Position numbers and translations under genes: made by a program. From Trichoplax sp. H2 (taxonomy: Eukaryota): a stretch of 64,000 nt of DNA. Below the pieces are notes generated by a model. That model saw only the letters and a list, made by a program, of their open reading frames with translations, did not search any database and was not told where the DNA came from. Below, piece after piece: positions 26,766 through 41,700 of this stretch (positions within the stretch are counted from its first letter, which is position 1; each line of letters starts with the position of its first letter). Location: NCBI GenBank assembly GCA_003344405.1, contig NOWV01000248.1, positions 1 through 64,000 on the forward strand. Reading direction: 5' to 3'.

Positions 26766-29700
26766 GTTAGTCTTGAATTTATTGGCATGTAAAATATTAT
26801 ACAGCGTGCATGGAACTATTGTGAGGTCTTTCGTTAGTCATATTTAATGAAAGATTAGTTTTTAATTCTGCAAACGCTATCTATAACAAGCGTACTATAA
26901 ATGTAGATTACCGCAATCTCAGCACAATCACGTTATTTGTAGCCTAAAAGAATATAAATCTAACGAATCAATTAATTTCAATCTAAACAAGTAACATATT
27001 ATACTTATACGTTTTTAGAGCTATCAGGAGGTTTTAGTTTGTCATGTTAGATCAAAGATTTAATATTTCCATTCTGCAAACGCTATCAATAACAAGCATA
27101 CTATACATATCGATTTTATCAATATCAGCAGAATTATATTCTTTATGACCTAAAAGAGTATTAATCTAAGTAATCAGCAAGTTTAAGAACTTTTTCTTAC
27201 TGTAATCTAAGCAAGTAACAAATTAAATATTCGTATTTCAAAATAATCTCGAATTAATTTTCTTCTCAAATAAACCCGACATTACATATTATCTTACGTT
27301 ATTTCAGTATCAATGATATAAATTAATGAGAAGTATCTTGATTTAAATTAGTTTTAGATAGTTGTTTATAATAGCGAAAATACAATATTTCCGTAACCAT
27401 GAAACAAGGCTTGAACTTCTCACAATACCGGTAATTTAGCTCACGAATTGAATTGGACTCACTAAATCTTAGACACCTTCGCAGCTTTTTTTCGCCCTAA
27501 TTTTATTTATTCATGAAGTATGAAGATAAATTTTTTCTACTCAGTTATTATGCATCAGATAAAATCGAAACCTGCGTCAGAGAGTGATATTATAGTTTAG
27601 TATATCTTAATATTATTTAAGCAAATGGGTTAGATAGCCTACTAGTTGAGCCACATTGACGCACATTTAAATTTATATGACCTGCACTTTGATTTCAAAA
27701 TCGAGTAGATGCTGGTGTCTGTAGCAACCGATGTTACCATCATTAAATGGATCTTATATCTATGATTGCTCGTCAAACGGTCTTCTTAAATTTTTGCAGC
27801 AAAGAAAAATGAAGGAGATGATTTGTAATTATAGTTAAGTAATTAATTAGCGAAACAATTGGGCTAAGTAAAATCACTACTAACAAAAATCGAAATCCTT
27901 TGTCATGATTGATGATATTCGACTAAAAGATGATTCGCATACAAAAAATTCAATTTCGAAATTGGGAAAATCATATTAGAAGAACAATCTCTACTTTTAA
28001 TGAGTGCATTTTAGTTAAATTATGTAATATCAAATTTATCTTTTCGTTAATGCATTTCAGCTATAAACACGATAATACACCAAGAAAAAGAGGCAGATAA
28101 AAAAATTGCACTTTTCCAAGAAACTCATTTTTGCTTGCTAAATTATACTCTTGGCAACTATTTTACCCAGCGAACGTAATTTAATTTTCACTAGAATCTA
28201 TTCATTTGAGTCTATTTAGAATTTAAAATGCTTTAACTACAGTGAGTTAGAACGGTTTTAAGCCATTAAACACCGCCAATTAGTCAACATACAAGAATAT
28301 AGAATCCCAGTAAGCTGAAAACTCTTACCTGCAGTTTGGTAAAATATCCTGCTTTGCCTGTGTTCTCAGCTGTAGGGTCTCTTAAATTACACTTAAATCG
28401 CTATTAGCAATCAAATTCTAATAGTAATGACTCAATAAATCTCATAATGCGAATTCATGTGCTCCAGGAGCGATTAAAAATACAGAAATGTCTACATAGC
28501 AAAGTGTTGCGTGCTTTCATAACCACACTTAACTAAAACGCTAGATAATATACTCTAAAGCGTAGATATTTAACAAAATCTAAGGCTAGAAATGCAATTT
28601 TCAACAATTAGTAACTCATTCGAAGGCTGATACTTTCAAAACTGAATTATCTAATATGCAATAATTTAACAAATCAGCGGGAAAACTTACAAAAGCTGGA
28701 CAGATCCTATGTTACTGGAGCCTAGCGTATTAAATTACGTCTATTTGTTGTTATTCATAGATGCCATTGCCTTGATATGAAGATATCCAACTAAAATTTT
28801 TATAGCATTAGAAATGTCTTGAAAACTGATAAATTCGTCCTGTAGTGTACAAATTTATTGCAGTAAAATAGCTTAAGACCAATTTTTTGAGATTTCACAC
28901 GAACAGTTCAATTATTCAGCTACATTATAAGATTATATTTGTAGTTATTTCTAGGCGATATTCACAGTATGTTATGTACTCTTTTCTGTGGAGGTACTTA
29001 TAAGTTGGTATCCAATTGCATAGAAATCGTAGGTTTTATTGTAGATGGTTTTAAACAGTTTTAAGTTAAGGATACGTGGTCCTGGATAATTTAGTTGATA
29101 AGCCAGTTTATGTAATAAGGGGAAGATTTTACTAGAAACTAAAGTGCTATAGTTATGTTTTGGGACACCTTGCCGCATATAGTTTAAATAAGTTACTATG
29201 CTGTATTATTCGCATATACTACTACATAAAATCTATAAATTAATTTTCACGTAAGCATAAGTTTTAATATCATTCAATACGACGTGAATTTGTATATGCA
29301 ATCGGTTCAAAATCGTTAATTTACGTACAGACAATTTGGGACTTGTTAAGGTACATTTAGGAGCGACAAGTAAAAAATAGAATTTATCTGACCTTCTTTA
29401 ATTTAGATAAATTGTAGTCAGATTAAGACGCTCTTGTGATGCTGGACTTAAAATTTCTTACCTGCTGTAATGTAACTTAGTATTGAGATTGTAGACTGTT
29501 AGCCATGTGTAGTATAATGTACGGTAGATATTTATCCTAAGAGATATTTGGTAGCTGTAACTATAGACTGTAGTGGTAGAGACGCTATGCTAGAGTACAG
29601 ATGACTATATACAGTAAGCTGTTGAGTTACTAATAAGGCTATAGGTAAAATAAAACTATAAATCATATATTAAGATATGGTTAATTCATTGTACTTTGGC

Positions 29701-32700
29701 TGGTGTGAATAATGTCTACGTAAGTACTGTAGTCGTATCCATATTGGATCAATGATGGTCCGCAGTAGAATAGTCTTACTAAGAATAATTTAACTATGTG
29801 TAAAACAAAGTAAAAGGTTGCCATGCGGATTGTAGCTGCGAATGCTACGGAAAGTATAAAAGCATACAACTTTAGATTATTCTGTTAGTTCATTCTAGGA
29901 GTCTTTAGAAGTAGTATTCGGCTAAAGTAGAGCCGTGTGTAGTTAATCTTTGTATAAAATTCAATAAAGCCCTTATTTTTCTAAAATTTGGAATTTCTTG
30001 ATTGGTATATATCACACCTGCAAAAATATGAATTTAGATAGGATGTAACAATCATAATACTTATTGTGTAATAAAAATAAGCTGAAAATTTCTTGTCGTA
30101 TGCTCAAAATTAGGAGGACAGAACTGGAGACAAACTATATTAGGTGTCAAAACTTCATTTCATTCACATTTTAAGCAACCACAAACTTGGGAAAATCCAA
30201 GCTGGTGTCCAATTAGTTGTAGTTGTAGTTCAAAAATGGATCTCTACTATTACGAACAAGAGTTAAACCTTACTTGCGTTGGTAAAAATTGGTCTGAAGT
30301 CATGTCTTCTAGACTTGAATATTCGAAAATTACAAATTTGTTAGTTATAAATCTTTGTCATTTTTTGATAATGAAGGATGATCTCTTCATGATAAACTAA
30401 TGGTCTTTAATGATATTATCTACCTTATTATTTTTATTTATTGAATTTAGGGTCTTGAGTCAGGCAAACTTCTACAATGTGACTGAAGATAAATTTCTCA
30501 AATTTACAAATCTTGTCTCTCTGTAAGTAATCTTTATAAAACCCTCCCTACGTAAATTTCGTAAAGGTCGGCATTGTTCCAATAGGAATATAAAATACTC
30601 TTATATGGATAGGATCATATTCCAGTTATATGCATCTTCATATACTCATCATCAGCCATGTTTTATCTTGCTAAACTGTTTCTAAACGATTTCGACGGTG
30701 CATACAGTGACATTGGAAAAACTAATACGGAACATATTGCATCAACGGCGTTTTCCAATATGAAAAAATTGAGGCACTTGTGAGCTTAAAATATCGATTT
30801 CTTCTATTTTCTACACAATATTTTGATACTTATTTCAGATATATTGTATGATAATGAGGATATGAATAGTTTAATTTTCTCTCGTAATCAAGCTTTAAAT
30901 GTAATCATATCTACAGGTATGTGAAATATAATCATTTACTGAGCTGGGGCGAGGCTTTCGATAATATAGAAAACTTACAATATCTGTAGGTAGAACAATT
31001 GTTATTGATATAATACCATGAGAAGTCTTTGAGTCCGATAATTAGCTCCCATGATTTCATCGATACCGCAATCATTAAACAACTTATAATCTTTAGGGAT
31101 ATATCTTACAATCCTGGAATTCAATTGAAAGAAATATTTACAAAGCCACATCATTTGAATACTCTGTAAGCCTTCTTGAAATTCTAAGTCGTGATTACTG
31201 ATCTATGTGAGACTAATAATGTCGAAATGCAATCAATTTCTACAGCGTGAGTAAAGATATAAGTTTGCGTGAAATTTCTTCCAAGACTTTCTTGAACATT
31301 CGAAATCTGCAATTTCTGTAAGTTATAAATCTCGTCTTTTGTCTACGTAATTACTATAATTATTTTGCAACTGCTATATTATTGTCACAAATCAGCTTCG
31401 CGACAACGATAACGTAAAACAAATCTTTAAATTACTATAGTCTTTGGGATTCAGTATCCCTTAAGTACCTCACAAGAATTTAGACGCTTTTTCTTCTAAG
31501 TAGCTATGGAACTCTTCTTCTATTTAACCATCTACCGAGCTTAAATATCCTTCGGCAGCTGCTATCATGTATGAGTCATTACAGTTCATGAAATTTAGTT
31601 CATATAGGATAGCTAAATTAATACAGAAATTATTCATAATCTTAGACATGTGCTGAAGGATTCTAGATAATTAGATTACTTTATGTCCATACACAGAATT
31701 ATTTATAGTATCGTCTTTAATTTGAATATCTTCTGGATATTCATCACTAGCGTTACAAGACATAACACTATAATCAGTTAACATTAGTTACCATATGAGA
31801 ACTCTTACTAAAGAACAGCATAATTTACTGTAACAAAATAGTAGTTACCGTAGTTCTTACAGTAACTTATTATTAGTTATCTCCATATATATGTTAACCA
31901 CTAAATTTAGTTATTTACTCTTGACGGTAGTTATTACTATTGATACTATATATTTTTACTTTAAAAAGGCTATCTTTGGCTAATTTAAACATTAAAAAAT
32001 TAGACGTTACGATAATTTCGCAATTTTTATTGAATATTTAGGGATATCTCTGGTAATCTTATTGAAAAAATCAATTACACTACATTTGAGGGTCTTAAAA
32101 ATTTGACTTATTTGTAAGACATCTATTCGGTTTAATTTTTATCCATTTAAAAGCACATAAAATATAAAATCAAGTTTCAATAAATAAAGTTAGAATTAGT
32201 TAATTTTATAACTTTTATTGAACTATCTAATTGGCACGAATTCAATTAAATATTTCAATAGCAATTCTGGAAATAATGGTATTAAATCAATTCGATAGCC
32301 AATTTTATTAACTATGATATTTCATATCATAAGGTCTTTGTCTTACAACGAAATACAGGTGATCAGCAATAAATCATTCCACCGAATGAAAAGTTTACAA
32401 ACTCTGTAAGCCACTCATCAAAGATAAAATATACACACTTAAATGAGTCAAGGAATTTAAATTATTCCATTATCAGTGATATAATAGAAGAAGAAAGCAA
32501 TATTATATTTTTACATTCTGAACCTGAATATCGTCAATGCTTTAATATTTTTTCTCAGTAACTTAAAAATGAATGAACTAACTGAATTAAGCAACTACGT
32601 CTTCGATGGATTGAAAAATTTGGAGTCATTGTAAGAGCCTCTCTAATTAGTAACGAATGCATCGATCAAAGTAGAATTTTCTATTTAAAACTTTAGCAAT

Positions 32701-35700
32701 AGAGGTGCTTACTTGTAATATGATGAGCTGCCTTAAGGCAATAATATTGAGTATACTTACTTACGGTATTACTATAGATACGTGGCTAAAAATCGGATTA
32801 AAACCATACAACCAGATGCATTCTCTTCATTATATAACGTATCATTTATGTAAGTGCTGTGCATATGATTGAAATATAGCTAATATAAGTTACTTAATAA
32901 TGTCATCGCTGTCCAATATTAAATTTAATGTACAGAAATTCTAATAATATTAAGCTTAGAATGAGGATTATAGCTTATAAGAATATCTTACAGCTACTCA
33001 ATTAACTTTACTAATGTGATTGCTTGGTTAGTGATTTATCTTTAAACAGGCTCAAAAATCTCTCTGATCGTACATTCTTAATGAACAAACAGCTCAAGAG
33101 ACTGTAAGTAACCCCGAAAATTGTCATTTCGATGAAAAATGTTGAATACAGATGTAAGACTGTGTAATATTGTATTCTAAGTTGATGATATATTTAGTAA
33201 TGTCTACCGTAGGTGTTGTGTTCAACATGTGATAGATATACTCGTTAGAAGCTTAAGTATTAAATATAGCTAGCTTAGTAGCTGCAATCCTTTTGAAGAG
33301 GAGCGCTACAGTGCTCACAGTAGAGCTTCACATGAAAGGTGTAAACTAGTCTGTATTTGAGATGCTAATACTGAAGTGTGTAGTAAGTAAAGTGCTAAGA
33401 CTGTAAACGCGGAAAGGTATATAAGCGAATAGTTTAGTATAGTAAGTTAATTCTTTCTCGTTAGAGGTCCTCAGCTAATTGATTACGTTGTATCTTCGTA
33501 AAGGAGGTTTTGTTCAATAAATCTTAATTTACCAAAGTTTTTGAAGATTCTTGATCTATCAACCTCACAACAGATTTATATTCTTTAAATATCTTTCTCG
33601 TTCATATAAATCTTGTATATTTACTTCCGCACATAAATACATCCGATAAATTTCAACTTCATATTATCATGTTTTAGTTTATTGGCAGTAAACTGGATCC
33701 CCAAAATCAGCTCTTCGTTATTCAAAAATTTACATCAACTGGAATATTTGTAAGCTAAATTCATTTCATTGCGTCGCAATCCATGTTATCATTACTGCTC
33801 ATTTTATGCTAGATTATGATCATTTATTAATCAATGGAAAATAATATATAGCAATGTCATCAAAATTTGATAACAAATTACTAGATAAATAGCTAAGTTT
33901 GAAATTAATATATAATCGACGATATAGCTAGCAATCATGCACTTTAGACTAGCAGACGCGATGTATTAGCCTAGTCTAGCTTCATAATGTCAGTTTCTGC
34001 TCATAGTAGGCTTGTTGTAACTCGGAATTTCTATCCGAGTCGCAACAAAATAGTTTCTTTGTCACTTCTTTCTATATAATCAACGTAGTATTCCCGCAGC
34101 ACTTCTAGCGTTTAAGATTATGGAAATCTGTCTAAAATATGCCGGCTTGCATCAATACAAATGAATATACAGAGTTGAGCTATAAGTGTTTAGAGATAAT
34201 AATCCTTAAACTATTACGAAATCACCAAACCAAGTATGATATAAAACAAAGGAAATACTGATAGATGAAGACTGCATTTTTATCCAAAAAATAATTTAAA
34301 ATACTCTATAGCGGAATATAAGTTAATTTGTATAATATCGCTTCTGTCAACCAGCCAAGATTACTTTCCTTTATTTTATACTTGTTATCGAATCTTAGAT
34401 CATCGTATTTTTCGAATAAAATTGATAAAGTATTTAGAATCATATAAAATCATCTTAATATTTGATTAAGTAGTTTTTCATTATCATAATATTACAAGAC
34501 AACTTTGCAATAAGACAAGTCAATTTATAAATAATTTTAAGAATTTTCTTTATAATCCGGTACACTGCATTTATATGCTTTTCTATAATAATTTACTAGT
34601 CCCACTTAGACTATTACATTTGAAGCGTTCCAACAAATTAGATGCTAATTTTACCTGTTACTTACTAATGAGGATAATAGTATTGACAAAGATATCTAAT
34701 GACCAATACAAAATAGCCATATTATAATATGTCCTATTGCGTGATATTCCTGTAATAATCTACCATAAGTAAGTTACCAACGTGAAATGCAATGTCATGA
34801 TACTGTGACCCATACCAATATTTTGAATTTGCAATTTTATGACTATGAAGATTTTGAAATATCTACTTTTTTCCTGCATTTGCAATTTCTGTTAACCTAA
34901 TCCTAAGCCTAATAATATCACATCTGTTTTGTTAGGGATATGTCGTCAAACAAACTTAAAATCATTGAAAAAGACGCTTTTAAAGGATTATGGTCGATAC
35001 AGACAATGTAAGTGTAAAGATTTCCAACTAAGGATAATGGTGGATAATTTTATGAAAAAGATTTCTAGAAATCTAATTTATAACAGAATTATACGAGAAA
35101 ATTATTTAGTTAACATCCTGGATGGTATCTTTTCACACATGACTACACTATCAGTGCTGTACGTTTGCCTGGATAAGTTTAAAAGAATTACTTTTGCAAT
35201 CTAATTTCGCAACTCAAATATTGTTTGATTTATTCATCAAATAATTAACAAGATATTAATTTCAATTATAATGCTTTCATCGTCAGAGATTTATCCCGTA
35301 ATATGATACGTGATATTGAAGCAAGAGCTTTCAAAAACTTAACACAACTATCAACGCTGTAAGTCAAGAATGCATATCTAATACAGCTATTCTGTATTAA
35401 AGATAAAGTTATAGATTTATAGACTAAAATCAATGAACCAATTACTAGGTCGTTGCTGTTAATAAGATTAAATCTTATTTTTTAGACCTAAAAATTTCGC
35501 TATCGCATATGATTATTTAAGTAGTGCTAATAAGTAACTGTATGAAATGGGATAAGCTTATTAGCAAGTTCATTATTTTGACCATTAATATTATTGAAAT
35601 AGCAATCGAATTCATATTGTTACATCTAAAAATTGATCAAGAGCAAATAATTAAGTAAATTCAGTTAAAAATTCTTTCCTTAGGGATTTGTCTTTTAACG

Positions 35701-38700
35701 ACATTGAAACACTTCTCAATGACACTTTTTCCGATTTATCTGAACTGAACGATCTGTATGATTTCCGAATTTAATAGCTGTTTAACTATCGATAGAATCT
35801 TGTGCGCGAGGCAAAATTATAGTTGAGAAATATGTATGAAGCCCTAATTTGTCCTAATGACTTTATTTTAGGATTTTACGCAACGCCCGAGTTAAAACAC
35901 TTAATCCTCGGACATTTGCAGGATTGTCAAAGCTAAGAAAATTGTAATAGTATTTCGTTATTTAATATCAAATTAAAAATTGAGCAATTTTTAACTAAAG
36001 TGTATCTCATTTCTAATAATTTTTATTAAATGCTAATTAATAATGCTAATTTTCCAGGGATTTCTCCGATAACAACATTAATAAGGTTCCTCATGGTCTT
36101 TTCGAATCACTGCAAAGCTTAGAGAATCTGTATGACTTTGTTTGATTTTTTATTTTATTGATAGAACTACAAATTAAATAATTCAATCTTAAATATCTTT
36201 CTATTACTATATCACAGAGATTTGACCAATACCAATTTTTCAACAGCTCCCGGCGATATTCTCCTAAATGCAGCAAATCTACAAATATTGTAAGGATCTT
36301 TAAGTGTTTTTATGGCATACAAATTTTTGCAGATATTAAGGTTATGAAATATATATTTCTAAGGCTAACCAAGAATGAACTTTTATTTTTGATCATAAGT
36401 AGATTAAGTATTATCATTACTAACATCATGTCCTAGTTCTTTAATGGTTTCAATATATGTATTTGTATTATTAACACGACTCTAGAAATGGTGGTGGTTG
36501 TAGCTTGAGTAGACCACTACCTAATTCACTTCGAAATATGAAAGATCTTATTAAACTGTAAGAATAACAGAAAGAATCATTGTGATGATCAATTTTAGCA
36601 TAGCATAGTTATGATATCGCTCTAAATAAAATTATCTAACTGTAACTACCGCTGTAGCAGAACTGCTTGTATAATAATTACTTTACTAGATTCTTGTGCC
36701 TTACAGCAGCAAATTTACATCTGTTATAGCCCTAAGAAAATTTAACACCTATTTTAAGGCTTAGCAACGAGTATTTCTTTGCTGTAACAACTCAACAACA
36801 TCCTTTGTCCTAAATATAAAGCAATTTACTTTTACATTGATTTTCAAGTTATTGCGAAAGAATGAAAAAAAACTTAAAACTAGTCTTCATAAGGAGCCAA
36901 CTCATTCCAATTGTTACAATCAGGATTTCCGTCAAATTTAGTTCACTTAACTAAATTATTTAACATATATTAAAACTTGCCTTATATCATAACAGTAGTC
37001 GATGGTATTCAATGAATGCGTTAATTTAAATTACAGGAATCTTTGCGTTAACGAATTGTCTTCTATCCAAAATGATTCTCTGCTTGGTTTAGAAAATTTG
37101 AAGGAATTGTAAGTAAACTAGCTCGTCGCGGTGCTTACTAAAAATCGCTTGCCTGGGTAGAATATAACGAATACTGTTAGATTTCATACTTTCTACTTTA
37201 TATTTTATTTTAAGATGGTTATAATCACGTTTGGAGGTCCAAAAATTTCTTAAGATTAACACATGGACAAATAACATGATAAATCTATTTGTAATCGAGT
37301 TTCTAACGCTCGAGATATTCCTACATTTAAATTAGCACATTCGTGGAATAACATATAATCACTTTGTACGGAAGGCAATAATTGCATCTTAAATTAGAAC
37401 ATCCGGCCAGGAATTTGACTACCTAGTCAGGATATTTTCTATAGATAAATTATTATAATCTAAATCTCATGCTTTAAATTTAGATCCTTAGAAACAAATA
37501 GCATCCATCACATTGCACCAGCTGCCTTTAATCATTTAGCATCGTTGGAAATTTTGTAAGTTTTGGGATATCTACAAAGACTACTCCGCATCAAATCGCA
37601 GATTGCATTTCTCAATTATTATTTCCTTATAGATTACTGAATGGCAATCTCTTAGAAATGGATGAACTTTACTCCATTCAATTTGATGGAAAGAATTTGT
37701 AAGTAAATTGTACAATCTATATTTCCGAGATATTGCGGTTGAACAATCTCCTTTAAGTAGTATGTAAGACAGCGATTATAACAGAGCAAATGAATCATAA
37801 AATCTGATAATCTATTCATAGCAGTTGAGCTTAATGATCAAAAGGTATGCTAGGGAAAATAATTGCTAATTAAGCGGACATTGGCTGAATAATTTCAAAT
37901 TTTGGATAGCATTTGTAATATAGCTTTGATAATTCAGCAGACTATATCAGTTTCGTGTTCGAAAGTAATATATAGCAAGAAAAGAAAAGTGTAGGATGTT
38001 ATCGTCACAAAACAGCTTTGCAATAAAATAACGTAATGTACGATCAATAAGTCAATTCCTTGAACAACGTATCAAGGAAAGATATCTGTACTACTAGGAA
38101 CTTTTTTGCTCTTTTAGCGGACTATACAAAGACTTAGACGCCTCGTATTTTACGTTAAACACTTATTTTAAGAATTAACTTTATTGCACGATATATTGCG
38201 TTTATTTGCTCTTCCTCTATACTTCAGGAATCATAGTTAGTACGATTAACTTTGAAATCATTTACTGAATTAGACATTAATTTTAGCTACTGCTCTCTAA
38301 TGCAGATAGCAGTATTTGCGAACATAGACACCTGATGACTAATACAGAATAGTCAGATTACGCTACGTCCTATCACGGGATATTTCTACAATAATTTACA
38401 ATAAGTAAGTTACATTCACAATGATTCGAAATTAGAAGTTAACTATATAAGGATAGGTTAACAAAATCATCCTAACATAGATATTTCTACTCCAATACAC
38501 TATATACGACTGTCACAGTAATACAAAACATAATTCCAGAGAACGATTTCATAAACAGTACTCAGACTAAGTTTATCATAAATAAGCAATTTCGATAATA
38601 TTTTATTTACTAGATACCAATCAATTTGTAGATGTAACCTTTATCTCATAATGATTGCTTACTAAAATTACTAATCAGAAGTCTATTCAACTCTAAAATA

Positions 38701-41700
38701 GGACATTAAGTAATAATAAATTTACTGAAATTAACTTCAAACAATTTCCAAATATTAAAACTGCTTTCTTGTAAGTATTATTGCTTACAAGACATAATTG
38801 CTATTTTTGTCCAACTCTTTGCCGAAATGAGATAAAAATTTTTTGTTATATTAAATGGTTTTGTCAGTGTAAAGTATGAATCTGAGCTCTTAGATAAGAT
38901 TTTTAGTATATAAATCTTAAAATAAATAAAAATTTGAATGCTTTAATCGGACTCTTTGGCATTAATGATATTATCGTATCCAAATAATTTAGAGATGGTC
39001 TATTTAGTTACTAAAAAACTTATAGATTCAGCAATAATAATATCAAAATATATATCTTCTTTTTAAACTAGGGATTTAAGTTGGAATTACATAACTCATA
39101 TCCGTAACTTTGTCTTTATGCCGGCGTTAAACAAACTGTAAGTAATTTACAACAGCTATCTAGAATTGATAAATTTTAAATTTGCCTAAGCAATTAATAA
39201 ATGTTATTTATCATTTTAAGTTAAAGTAGTTATTTGTTGGAATACTTAGTACAACAGCTCAATAACTAGGATAATCAAACTTAATTTTTATTATTATCAA
39301 ATTTGTAAGGGATATATCTGCGAATCGATTAGATTCTAACTCAGTTTTGAATTTGGCAAATTTAACTGGTTTAGAAACAATGTAAGCATACTGTGACTCC
39401 TTCAATATAGGCATATACCATATCCTACTAAAACCATTATATTCAGTTATGTTTCTCTATTTTCTGCGCTCTGGAAAATATTGCAGCACGCTTCATGTAT
39501 TGTATCATTTTTGCTTGATAGAGTTTTAAGCCAAAACCAGATTAAAATCATATCGGATTCTTACTTTCATCATTTGGGAACTTTGTCAAGATTGACCACT
39601 ATGTAGGTTAAAAGTTAATCGAACTGCAATCCGATTTAGGATATAACTGTATTATATCCTACCTTACCATATAAATAATTAAACTATGAAATCAGAATTC
39701 CATAATGAAAATACTAATTGCTGTCTTGAGAAAAATGGTCGTATCTGTCTCAAGTTTGTATTACTCTGAGCCATAGTATACGATTGCCACAACCTCATTT
39801 GCAACTCAAGAAATCTTCTTTTACTACGTAAACTTTCCTAGCTCCACTACGAATATTGTATAATTACTATATATATATATACACTATCAGTTATCATACA
39901 TTAGGCACTTCTACTCAAGTAACTTCGCTATGCTTAGTAGATATTCCCTATTCGTATACCGAAGCAAAGTCTACAAGAACACAGTATAGGACATACGTAG
40001 AAAAGAATTAACTTATTTTTCTCTCTCTTTGCCTATTTACAATATGCTTATGTACTTTCTAAAATTCACAAATAAATTACATTGACATATCTACAATGTC
40101 AATTATCACAATATATTTACACAAAGTATTCATTATCACTAAACTTTAATGCTAAATATCAATTATCACAATATCTTAACACGAAATATCCTATTTTTCT
40201 CGTCACAACTATGATATCGTCACAGAGACCAACAAGAATTTTAGAATCTTTTCCCTTTCATAAAATTTAAGTACAGTACCAGAAATATTAGTGAACCAGA
40301 ATCACTAAAACTCTATGATTAGCAACTACAACAATAGATCTGAAAATAAATAGAGTTTTAGATTGACTTAAGATGACATTACGAGCTCACGCCGATCATA
40401 AAGCTTTATAGACGGTAATTAGCATATCCATGTGTGGACGTATTTAGTACGGAAATGTCATGAATAATCGCTCATTTTTTTGTATTGTAATTAACAACAA
40501 CTAAAATTTCTTGTTAAGATCTGACACAACTATCTAAGTGGCATTAACTATCTAGAACTGCCCTCCTAGATAGACTTAAAAGAATAGTAGCTAGGTGTAC
40601 AACTTACTTTAGGTTACGACTTTATTTTATCAGTACTTTCCAGCAATCTAAAACAAAGAGAAAAGCAATAGCAACCAACTATAACTAGATTTTATACTTA
40701 GACTTAAAATAAGATAGCATAAAACAAGTGAACAACAGGCATTTAATCAAAGAAGTTTAACGTAGACGTAGCATTAGAAGCATGACAGATTGTAACTTAG
40801 TCAAACCGTATTATTAACTTAAGTACTATAAGAAATTATGATAAGTTAAAATACAGCTCTTAGTAAGAGCTAGGCAAGAATTTCTGCCTAACACGTATCT
40901 AATCTACTGCCATTTAATATTATTGACAGAATTCCTAGTACATCCACTTTATGATTCAATCGACATACATAAAGTATCTTAAATTATGGATATAACGGTA
41001 ACCCGGCATTGTCCGACAGACCGTTATAACCGATCAATAGAATACACGAATGGCACCGCACCAACTTACTACTGTAACTTACAAAACAAATCTTTTTTGA
41101 TTTAGCGTACAGTGTACATTCTCTTATAAAGCTAATATAAGGTATATGTACTTACAATAAGTTGCTGAAACTGTAAATAATATGCTACATGATCAGTATA
41201 AAAGAACTACTGTAACACAATCTTAATATTGGAAACGTAGTTCCGTAACAATATCACAGTATTTTTATCGATAAATATTGGACAAGTTTTCACTCAGCCT
41301 TACTATGTGAATTTTAAGTACAGATCTATGATACCTTCGAAAAAAGGGCCTTAAATTAGCAATACTAAGATGAGTACAGAATGATCACTCTAAAGTTATA
41401 TATAATACGCTAAGGGTAATAAAATTAAAGTTATGGCATTAAAATCAGCTCAATATTTGATATATATTGTAGCCCACTTAAGCAGCTATTACTGATATTA
41501 ACTGCCTTAATACGATACAGAGAATAAATTAAAACTAAATATATGCTATCATCTATTGAAATACTCATAAAAGTAAGGTAATGGTATTGATGATCTAAAT
41601 GATTTACTTCGCTAAGATTAGCATTATTTATTTGACATAAATTAGACAGCAAACTTATTATCTTTTTAATTGATTTATTCTAGATTTTTAGACCACAATT

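Noticed and set aside
28320..29465. Minus-strand donor-like motifs (cttacctg) suggesting an antisense gene in the first coding intron of gene 2
   Set aside because: No consistent exon chain or reading frame could be assembled.
33214..33572. TG...CA-bounded segment resembling another solo LTR (similar cases near 18644, 21248, 28970, 39786, 59727, 61550)
   Set aside because: Single copy in the window and no exact TSD; plausible but not supportable without a repeat library.
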